A stretch of 62,733 nt of DNA, filler included, from Choristocarpus tenellus KU-1152 (taxonomy: Eukaryota; Protista; Phaeophyceae): the NCBI GenBank assembly GCA_964200185.2. It is 9 parts of 9 records of this genome, joined end to end, with 100 filler letters (N's around TTAATTAATTAA, not from the genome) between each part and the next. Parts side by side here need not be neighbours in the genome. Positions count along the whole stretch, not along the records: positions 48,422 to 53,501 come from CAXNAD020011941.1; positions 53,602 to 62,733 come from CAXNAD020003960.1; 7 more parts are not named here. One strand, 5' to 3'. Below are positions 52,716 to 62,733 of this stretch, in pieces (positions within the stretch are counted from its first letter, which is position 1; every line of letters begins with the position of its first letter). The notes under the pieces were generated by a model. That model searched no databases. It worked only from the letters and a program-made list of their open reading frames with translations, and was not told the DNA's origin. Made by a program: the position numbers and the translations under genes.

Positions 52716-53601
52716 GTGTGTGTTGTGCGTCACTGAGTTAAATAACCAAGAGAATGAAGACTGTGTACCCATCTTAAATAATCATTCCCCACCAGAAAAC
52801 CTCCTAGAATAATTTAAGCATGTGAAGCATTGACTTGACTGGGTTAGTAACAACCCTCCCAATCATTAATTTGCAGGTAGTTGGTACAAATACCAAACGC
52901 GTTTGTGATAGAACATGAAAAAATATGGGGTGTGAACCTGCGACACAAAATGTTTTTGGTTTGATTTCATAAGTACCAAAGAACGGTTAGTCTATGAGGA
53001 CAATTATAAAGTTCAAAAGGTATTTCGTGTACATGCATTGACAATTCAGAAGAGGCACGTATTCCAGATTTTTCATGGGTTGCTGACAGCTCTCATGCTA
53101 TTGCTGTGAGACCCCTCTTGAACCTTGCCGACCCTGTGAAATATCAACCCCCAGAGCCTACTCAAGTCCCTTAGAGCGACCCCAGGTCCTTCCCTGTCCT
53201 TCCTATCTACCCTGCACCACTAACGCAAGGATCAGTGCCCCACCATGTCATTTCCTGGGGACTGCGAGCATCTGAAAGTATTAGTGACACACTGTAGGCC
53301 ATTCGTTGTACCAGAGGGGGATGGGCTCCTACACGATTTTGATCCTTGACAGTTGGGGGTGGAAATATATATATAGAGAGATATATATTTGTGTGTGTTC
53401 ATGTAAAGGAAGGTCGTTTTATTGTTTTTTGCAAATGGTTTGGCGACTGGGGTGGGGGCGGGTGGGTATGGGGGTCCAGGTTTCAGGATGTATGTAGAGT
53501 ANNNNNNNNNNNNNNNNNNNNNNNNNNNNNNNNNNNNNNNNNNNNTTAATTAATTAANNNNNNNNNNNNNNNNNNNNNNNNNNNNNNNNNNNNNNNNNNN
53601 N

Positions 53602-56600
53602 TCTCTGTCGCACTCAGCAGCCTCCCCTCCTCCCCCCCCCGCCCCCCCTGCACCGCATCACCAGGACCACCACCTCCACCGCCTTTCCCCCCACTACCAA
53701 CACCATCGTCTATCCTGTATCCCCTTCCTCTCTCTCCATCCTCAGTTGAACTATACACCGTGGGTGTAAGGAGCCAGTGCGGTTGAAACTGTGGATATGA
53801 GACCAGCAGCTCTGGAGCAGGTCCAGGCCCAGCGGCCATAGAGTTGGGGCCCTTTGAGCCACCCCGTTCCCCTGCACTTTGTACAACCCCCACCCCTTTT
53901 GACGACCTTGCATTGTGTATGTTAGATGAGAGTTCAGAGGCCAATGCCGCTGTCTGTGGGTTGCCGCTTCGGGGATGTGGTCCAGCTTCCCAATCGAGCG
54001 CCTGAAAGAGCAGTTGTGGGGGTTTGTAGAGATATGTAACATGCACATATACATGTACTTGGAAAAAAGAAGAGTGCCACATTAGTATTGTCGATGTTGT
54101 TGCAGCAAACTTATTTCAAATGTACATAATTCAACCAATAAATAAAGAGTTTGTATTGTATTACGTAGTACTTTGAGCATGTACTACGTCAACATCACTA
54201 CTACTACTACTACTACTATTGTACTACTACTATAATGGTACTACATATCCCATATATACACATAAACAAACTGTTGATTTTTTTTTCTTGGACATACTAA
54301 AATGCCAACTAATTTCTGAAACCCTATTCAAGGCGTTGGTAGTAATACACAATGATGTTCCATTTCCCTCAAAGTTCAATCGTGAGTCATCCCCCCCTCC
54401 CCTCCCCTCCCCTCCCTGTCCCCTAATAAAGTTGATTAAATCATGAACACAGAGTTCAAAATCACCTCACTTTTTTTTTTTTCCAACATACTACACCCGA
54501 TTTATTTCCAAAACTTGCACATGGGTCACGAACTGAGGCGTGCACGCGCGTTAAGCGCGCGTGCGCGCCGAACAACAGCCTGCAAGCAACACGCACGTGC
54601 AGGACAAAAGAAAAACTGCACGAAAAACGAACCAATCGAAAAACACCACTAAATTTCCGGTTTCGAGTATTGAAAAAAAAAGAAGTCCCTTTAAAAATAA
54701 AAACAAAATAAAATAAATAGAGAATCATTACAATTCGACTTCCAATCTCCACTGCGATTCACGACAAACAAACAGCACCTTATCTTATCTTCTCACCTGA
54801 ATGAGGTCAGTGGTAATTCCGCCCCCCCCCCCGTCGCTGTTGCTATGCATCACCACGGCATTCTCGAGGTGAATGAGCTGCTGCGTTCGCACGTCCAGAC
54901 GCTCCTCTAGGACCTGTTTCAATCGAAGGCATACACACACAGAGTAGTCCAACACAAACACACAGTAGTCCAACACACACACACAGTAGTCCAACACACG
55001 CACACGCCAGTGTCCGTGGTCATACTCCAAGATGTGACAATGAAATAATAAATAAATAATAAATAAAGTACTAGGTACTGCTGCTGTGTATTGACAGGTA
55101 GTAACTAACTGACCGCCTTATCAGTGAAGCTGCTGAAGAGCGATCTGAGTAAGAAGATCTCTGGCTGGACTCGAACTTTCGGTACCGTATGTGATTGATT
55201 TTATGATTGATTTTATGATTGATTTTATGATTGATTTTATGATTTCGATGGTGTTCTCTGTGTTGTTAGTTTACCAAGATCAAATACGAGTAACGTTTAA
55301 CAAAGAGTCAGTTCAATTAAGTGCCGGATCACAGCACAGAAGAAGAATCGCACTTGTACAGTGGAGGCGTGTGCGCGCGTGTATGTGTATTGTCATATGT
55401 GCACTTTGAGTGTATGTAGAAGTGTATCTATGGCTCAAAAAATAACAACACAAAGTATTAACCCTAACCCTAACCCTAACTTGTAAATATATATATATAC
55501 ACATATATATGAGTGTGGTTCTCTTCCATCACACAAACATAGACCACTCTTTCACTCACTACCACTGCAGGTGCACGTACACCTATCACATATCCCCATA
55601 AAAAAAAAAGATTAAACAGTGAAAAAATTAGGAGGCATTTTTCCACCTCTCTCCTCTTCCAAAAAAGTAATCATATAACATAATGGCAATACTCTGTACA
55701 TTTTTTTTTTAAGAAACAAAGAAATAAAAGAAATAAAAGACCCCATTCCCGGCTCTCTCTCACTCTCTGACGCTCTTCGCATGTGTCCAGCTCATCATGG
55801 AGGGCACAAATCTTCCGCATCATTTTTTGAATGAGAGTTGCCGCGTTCCCCCCGCAGAAACACCGTCCAACAGCAGGCAGGGGTTGGGGGTTGGGAGTTG
55901 TGGGTTGCGGGTTGGGGGACTGGAAAAAGGGGAGTGGGTGGGTGAAGGACAATGTTGACAATCTGCCTTGAATGTGAACTCTAAAAGTATGATGCATTTA
56001 TGGGAAGCAGGAAGACCTCACTAAGGGCTAAAGCGGAGTCCGCTTCGGGACACAAATATAAATATAAGAGCAGCAACTGGTACTGGCCGAGCAAGGGGCA
56101 AGCAAAGCTGGAGCTAGATCTGTGCCGCAGAGCTACCATCTATTCACGTTTTTGAGAGGAGCAGAACTGTCTGTAGTGAGAGGGGAGTCAGTCTTTGACC
56201 CCTTTCCAGTTTCAAGGCCTTTCAGAATCTTTGTGGAATGTACACCACGCCAACACCTGAAATGCGGCTAACCCCTAATATCCCTTTGAAGGGCATGGCT
56301 GTAGAGGAGAAGACTGGTAATGGCGTGCAAAGTGCTGTTGGTGGAAGAACTCTCTCCACATTCCTCAAAAAAATAAATCCCACAGGGGAGTCAGGGGGAC
56401 CCTTAAGTCTGGTGCTCTCAGCTTAGGATGGTTTAATTGACAACAGTCAGGCATTGAATGCACTTGAGTAAGTGTTGCATGTTCCGTCTGATTTTTCTTC
56501 AAAAAAAAAATGTCACACAAACACAGCCATGTATGTAACAAACCTTTTGAACACACTCATAAATGTCCTTACACACACATAAATATGGGTGCATAATATA

Positions 56601-56604
56601 GACA

Positions 56605-56644
<40 letters not shown>

Positions 56645-56732
56645 GCTACTACTACTACTACTATTGCTACTACTACTACTACTACTACTATTGCTACTAC
56701 TACTGCTACTACTATTACTACTACTGCTATTG

Positions 56733-56764
<32 letters not shown>

Positions 56765-58516
56765 GCTACTACTACTACTACTTCTACATGAAAAAATAAT
56801 TGCTATGAAATATTTGAGGAGGAAGGGGACAGTGCAAGAAGAATAAGTTTCATTTTCAAAGTGTGTCCCTAACCCCTGTCAGCTTATCTTTCCAGCCGAA
56901 AGTATCTAACAAATTAAAATTAAAAGTGTAATAGAAGACACTAGTAGTACGCGAGTGATTGTTAATCATCTTGGATATCCCCTCAGCACAACAATTTTTG
57001 GAACACATAGAATACCCCAAATAGAATACCAAAATACCAGAATAATGGACACGATATATGTTTAAGACACTCCTATTCATGTGCGACAGTATTACGAATT
57101 AAGAATATAACAATTTTATATTCCATTCTCGATTTTTTTTTTTGAAAGGACACACCGACAGCACATAATAACCCAGAGAGGGAGAAACACAGGGCTCGCA
57201 CAATACAAAACCCTAACCCTGCATAATCTTACACTCATCGAAGTACGTAACGGACACAACACACACGCCTACTACAACACAGGATCTCTACAACACCCTA
57301 TCCCTAACCCTTGTTCTCCTCACCGCATCGTCCCTCTCGTTGAGCCTCTGCGTGAGCGCGATCATGATGTCTCTCTGTTTCATCAGCAGACCCTTGTACC
57401 TCTCCAGCTATACCGCTCATGCCCAATCCGATATTTTCATTAACCAGAGAGGCACGCAGGTGGCGGGATGGTCATGTGATGGCACGGTACAAGACAGTAG
57501 GTCACGGTATTGTACCATGTCAACACAGAGAGAGGCAGTACAGAATGCAGCACAGTGGGACGAACAAAACTATAGTGTGGTAGGGGCAGCATGGAACACT
57601 GAGTGCTGAGGCAAACCAAGCAAGGCAATTGGCAGTTGGTCATAGAAATCAATAGAGTAAAGTTAAGACAGTCAAGGTGCTATGTTCAATAGGGGAGGTG
57701 TGGCTACAGGGTAAACTGAAGGTTGGGGATGATTGTGGTGTTTGAGGTATTTCCAAAATCAAACAGGAGTAGGTTTTAGGGTTGAGGTTACTGGGGAGAA
57801 GGAATAAGGAGTAACAGAGGGGCTATATAGTACACAGCGAGATTTGATCGGTAGGGTTATGCACTGTTGGTACTGCATGTTGTGTTCTCTATCAAAGGAG
57901 CGCTAAGGTAGTCCTTTGAAATTAATCCTTTATCAGTCACTTACCCAAAAGAGGATTGACTTCTAAGAGGAGGGTGGGTAAGTAGATGTATGTGAGGATG
58001 TGGAAGTTCAGAGCAGAGGTTCAAGTCTGTGAAGACTTGTCAGTCCTTGTCCCCTGTCACATAGAGCCTCCCAAGGTATTGCAGCCAAATTTTAAAAACT
58101 ATTAGTACTTTGAAGTAATAAAAGTGCAACAGATAAATGGCCTAGCTAAACCAAATGGTTGAACCCCTCCAATCAAATATTCAGCTAGACTCCCTCCCTC
58201 GCACCTGTGCCACTGCTCGATGAACACAGACCTTATCCTGCCACTCCAACTTATGTCTGAGCGAGTTTAAGTGCATACCCACCTTAGTTTACAACTGCTC
58301 AAACGACATTGCATACCCTCCTCCCTCCCCCTCCACTCCCTCTTCCATTTCATTTCCAACCTTCACCCTAAGGCACAAACCATTCACCTGCTCCTTCTCA
58401 ACATCTATTGCAGTACGTTCACGCTCCAGGTCTGCCAAACGTCCCTCATACTCCTAGAATGAGGCATAAAAAGGAGTGAGCAAAAGTTAGAGAGCCACAG
58501 ACTGTAAGACACAAAA

Positions 58517-58554
<38 letters not shown>

Positions 58555-59574
58555 CGGGCTGGTACACAGACACATAGATACGTGGATTGACATCTATTCC
58601 CAAGGTGTACCCTATTCTTGACCTTACCCCACTCAGCTCTAGATATATTGGAGTGGGCGACTAGGGGCGAGGGGTGTGTGAAGGGAGGATGGGGTTGGTG
58701 AGATTTGATTGGTTTGGATGGATGAAATAAGAGGCATTGTGCCTTAATAGTTGTATAGTGTGTGAAGCATGCCTGGGTGGAAGGCATAGGTACATGATAC
58801 GGGGTATAACATGGGTATAACAAGAGATCTCAGAAGACTAAAGCTCAAGACAATGTCACTTGGTAATGTTATCTTCAAATAATCAGGGTTTCAGGCAGGC
58901 ACACAGGCAGAGTGGGGTGGTCGCCGCAGCATGGACCACTAACCTATCCAATGAATCTTACATTCCGAAGGATAATTAGGAAGCTATATGGTAGGATAAA
59001 TGAGATTGTGCTGTTACTTTTGATCTGTGCAACAACTTTGCAAACCCTCCCCCAATTATTTTTTCTTGTATGTCACATCTCATTAGGCACACCAGAGGAA
59101 TATCATCAGGAAGAAACATCATTTACACTATCTTTTTTCTCTTTGTTTAAAAAAAAAAAAGGAGGTGAGGGTTGGGGTTAGGGAGGAGACTTGGGGGCTG
59201 TTGAGGACTTGATTTAGAATGGTCCACATTGAGCCACCGCTGTAAATATAGTATTATTAAACCCATATATACATATATATATATGTATATATATGAAAAA
59301 AAATGGACCATGGTCATATTTCAAAGAATACGCATACAATAACACACCCTAACCCTATATGCCCAATATTGCCTATGCAGCATGTACACATTTTCATGTA
59401 ACTGATAAACGCCTCTATATATACATATACGTACACCTAATTACAAACATTGACATGCAAAATCCCCACAAAAGCCAAAACACCATAAAAAGAGGCTGAG
59501 GCACAAACCTTTCTCATCCCCGCCTGCTGCTCAGCTAGCAAAGCGAGGTTACCACCGCGTTGCCCAGCCCCACT

Positions 59575-59615
<41 letters not shown>

Positions 59616-62600
59616 TCTTACCTGACCCCCTCCCCCCCCTGCCCCTTTTTTTTTCTCTCCTCTTCTTTNNNNNNNNNNCCCCCCCGTCCGATCATCTGAC
59701 TTGTAAGCATGGCAATCCTGCCTTCCAGGTGCTTCTTTTCCTCCTTCTCCCGTTGGAACTCGAGAGATCGGGCCTTTCAAGAGACAACATCAAACAAGAA
59801 CAAGTGGGAGAATTTTGTTTTATGTATGCTTCTAAGTCACTTTGGGTATGTGTCTATGTATCTGTCGGTAAGGGGGAGATTACTCACATACCCTTTGGAT
59901 TCAATAAGTGCCAAGTACCGGTTATTGGTGTGTTCTTTGTTTAGCCGTAGATATTTTTAATTCATATTTTTTGTACTTTAGTGTGTCCCCTCACCCTAGT
60001 ATCCTCAATCTTGGTTATTATTGTTCCTATTACCAGTTGTCTCAGATAGATCCCTTGGATACTATTTTTGTTACAAGTTGCTTCAAATCTCTTCATTTAC
60101 ATCTTTAGTGCAAGTTATCTCAGACCTCTTGGTTACTATTCTTATTACAAGTTGTCTCACATCTCTTCGTTTACATCTTTAGCGCAAGTTATCTCAGACC
60201 TCTTGGTCATATTATTATTCTTTGCTACAACCTATCTCAGATCTCTTGGTTACTATTCTTATTACAAATTGTCTCACATCTCTTCGTTTATATTCTTATT
60301 GCAACTTAGCTCAGGCCTTGAGGCTATATTATTATTGTCACTACAAGTTGCCCCAGACCCCTTCATTATACTCTTGATGCAATTTATCTCAGGCCTTGTG
60401 GTTATGTCACTATTCTTACTACAATTTTCCCCAGGTCTCTTCGTTTATATCCATCCTTCTTGCAAGCTATCTCAGACCCCTTGGTTACATCGCTACTCTC
60501 TTACTACAACTTGTCTCCGATACCTTTCTAATTATATACATTTAAAACTGTTCTTTTTTTTTCACTTTCCATTACCTCCAGTGCCCGTATTGCAGCCATC
60601 TTATCTGCTTCCGCCCTTCTCCTCTCCCCCTCCACATACAGCAACTGTCTCTTGTCCACAAGGTTCCTGCTGCGCTCCTCCAGCTCAGCACGTAGGCGTC
60701 GCAGTTCTCGTTCATACTTCCGAAGCAGCGACTGCCACATTGCAATGAATTGCATTGTAAAGTGATCACAGGAAGGAACAGGAAGGACTGAGTTATATAC
60801 AAGAGATGCAAGAGACACATGTACAGTATAGATGTATATATTATATATATATATCTATTATACTATTTTGATATTATATATTTTTATGTGGTCTATACAT
60901 CGAGGGGGATACTATTATTAAAAAATTATGTAAGGACAGGGGAGTTGGCACTTGAGTGAACGCATTGAGGATATCCTATTGGTTCTTTCATTCATTTTGA
61001 ATTTGTTGTTTTATTTTTACTGCTGCACTACTTTTGGTGTTACAGTCTCTAGCTTACTATTACATTTGTTTTCTGACCCAAAGTATCTGGGGGAGGGGGG
61101 AGTCTACACCAGGGTGTCCATTTGGGTCAAAACCAGGAAAAGTGCATCTACAAAATTCATCCAAAGTATGCAACCAAATCACCCAAAAATCACGACAAGA
61201 AAAAATTGGCCCCAAATGGACAGAGCTGCCACCCCAGGTACTTCGAGCCTTCTATTGGAAAATGAAAAAAAACCTATTTATAATAAAACCCCAAAATATA
61301 ATAAAAGTATTAAACAAAATGAAATGTCGTGGGGGTAGGACAGGGGCCACAAAAAATGAATATTATAAAGTACTAAAAATTCGAACTTCAATATATAAAA
61401 TTCACGAATAAATGTTTAACTAGTTGTTTGTTCTAGTATTTTTGTTTTTCTACACTTTATCTCTACAAAATTCCTTGACTACACACCTGCTTTCTTGTCC
61501 CCAACCTAATGTCACATTATGCAGCATTCATTACCTGAATAAACAAACAAAGAAACACACACACACACACACACACATATTCCCTCTAAAACCTACTTAA
61601 GCGATCATGTTTTATATATATATATTTTTGTTGAATGAGAAAATAGAACACCTCCTCAAGCACATAGTTCACATAGTTGAACCTCATCCTCCACATATGA
61701 AATCATATATATATATATATACGATGTTGACTCTTGATCAAATCATGCAAAACACAAAGCAACAAAAACATGTTTTTCTCTTTTTTTCTGACTACATTTT
61801 GGAAATTATTCCCCCCCCCCAAAAAAATGTTGAAAGAAAACTTAAAAGATTTCTTCCCAATACTACAGCAAGTGTATTTTTTGAAGCATTCGATCAACAG
61901 CGGAGAGCAGTCATGGGTGCACAGTAAAACTACACAGACACACAGACACACACAGACACACAGTAAAACTACACAGATACACAGACACACACAGACACAC
62001 AGTAAAACTACAAAGACACACAGACACACAAAATGATACCGAGTATCAAGGACTATAAAGACCCCCCCCTTAAAAAAAAGGTATACATGTAGAGCAATAA
62101 ATACTTCTAAAAAAAATGTAATAAAAAAATTGTCAAAATACAGGTTGAAAAAAAATATGCAAGGAAGCGCAAGAAGTACACTTCCCGTTAACCCTAACCC
62201 TAGCCATTTGAGATGAAAATACAGGAACAGCTACCAATAAAAGAGGACTGACAGCTCCATACCCTATAACCCTACCCCGGGCTGCAATGGAATAAAAAAA
62301 CAACTCCATGTCTGGAAGTACGTGTGTGTATATGTGTGGAACGAGGTTCCCCCCCCCCCCCTAACCCTAATTTAATAAAAAAAATGAAGTTAGAATAACC
62401 TTACGGCAAAAGCCCCTATATGAACATACACTTATTGTCTTACAAACAAGGTTAAACACGAGAGGAGTCAGAGTAACCTTCTGGTCAAGGTCCTCATTGA
62501 CAACTGGCTGGTTCTTGATGTTCTTGGCACGGTTGGCAAACTTCACAGTTGACAGGGTCTCCGCCATGCTCTCAAGCGCCGGGCTAATCATGGCCATCAT

Positions 62601-62625
62601 GGTCGTCTTGCAGTTGCCACCGAGG
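53602..62625 (-). CDS. Kinesin-like protein (end of N-terminal motor plus coiled-coil stalk), partial
   Basis: Exons 62625-62478, 60731-60576, 59773-59509 (spans an N gap), 58453-58388, 57407-57324, 55811-55764, 54913-54797, 54001-<53602. Motor end [16 protein letters not shown]...[24 protein letters not shown]; stalk [17 protein letters not shown] and [20 protein letters not shown]. Subfamily uncertain, possibly a cilium-associated family. Confidence 0.92.
54930..55000. repeat. Short ~21-bp minisatellite (CACACAGTAGTCCAACACA), 3 copies
   Basis: Directly visible tandem repeat. Confidence 0.85.
55192..55244. repeat. 12-bp tandem repeat (TGATTGATTTTA), ~4.5 copies
   Basis: Directly visible tandem repeat. 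Confidence 0.95.
55460..55480. repeat. Interstitial telomere-like (CCCTAA)n
   Basis: AACCCTAACCCTAACCCTAAC; shorter copies are scattered through the window. Confidence 0.85.
56605..56781. repeat. (CTA)n microsatellite
   Basis: About 59 imperfect trinucleotide units; source of the spurious poly-Leu ORF. Confidence 0.98.
58519..58555. repeat. (CAGG)n microsatellite
   Basis: Directly visible tandem repeat. Confidence 0.95.
60000..60525. repeat. Degenerate ~37-bp minisatellite in a kinesin intron
   Basis: Units of type CAAGTTATCTCAGACCTCTTGGTTACTATTCTTATTA alternate with CAAGTTGTCTCACATCTCTTCGTTTACATCTTTAGCG; roughly 13-14 units. Confidence 0.85.
61075..61249. mobile_element. MITE family B, full length (175 bp), TSD TTCT
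   Basis: GACCCAAAGTATCTGGGG...CCCCAGGTACTTCGAGCC with TTCT on both flanks; colinear with 6283-6466. Confidence 0.9.
61919..62030. repeat. CA-rich compound minisatellite (~39-bp unit, 3 copies)
   Basis: CACAGTAAAACTACACAGACACACAGACACACACAGACA repeated. Confidence 0.9.
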
Positions 62626-62733
62626 CTGCCCCAGAGCACAGTATGACATTCAACAGATCACGAGAAAGATATGTGTGTGCATGTGTGTGTGTGGGGGGAG
62701 GGGGGGGGGGGATAGGAAGGCATGCACACCTTT

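Noticed and set aside
55140-55190. B-box-like GTTCGAGTCC on the minus strand next to the 12-bp repeat (possible SINE)
   Set aside because: No A-box, cloverleaf or second copy in the window.
56589-56846. Poly-leucine ORF
   Set aside because: Translation of a (CTA)n microsatellite inside a kinesin intron.
60068-60748. 226-aa hydrophobic ORF
   Set aside because: Made of the 37-bp minisatellite plus the antisense strand of a kinesin exon.
54930-62030. Tandem arrays as CRISPR
   Set aside because: No unique spacers and no cas genes; they sit in eukaryotic introns.

Overview
This is eukaryotic, intron-rich DNA, not one locus. Nine contig pieces are joined by an artificial 100-bp linker (N44-TTAATTAATTAA-N44) at 3458, 13941, 18281, 22998, 32650, 43554, 48322 and 53502, so adjacency across linkers is not evidence of linkage. 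Gene style, (TTAGGG)n motifs and the transposon set suggest a flagellated stramenopile, probably a brown alga or relative (inference). Host genes spliced by hand: a partial axonemal dynein heavy chain, a partial RIIa/Dpy-30-like docking domain plus guanylate kinase fusion, the 3' part of a TTC29-like TPR gene, a complete 7-exon CDV3-like gene, a partial ARM-like gene, a partial unknown gene and the 3' part of a kinesin. Mobile DNA: two decayed Copia elements, a decayed chromodomain Gypsy, a decayed tyrosine-recombinase (Ngaro/DIRS-like) retrotransposon with related fragments, a pogo-like remnant and a foldback element. The strongest candidate for something undescribed is a dense pair of related MITE families (13 copies). 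They share a G-R-N-Y-S-AAAGTATCT terminus, make variable 4-bp target-site duplications (TSDs) and nest in each other. Other notable items are three probable GC-AG introns and a duplicated decoy splice acceptor. All alignments were done by eye and no database was searched.
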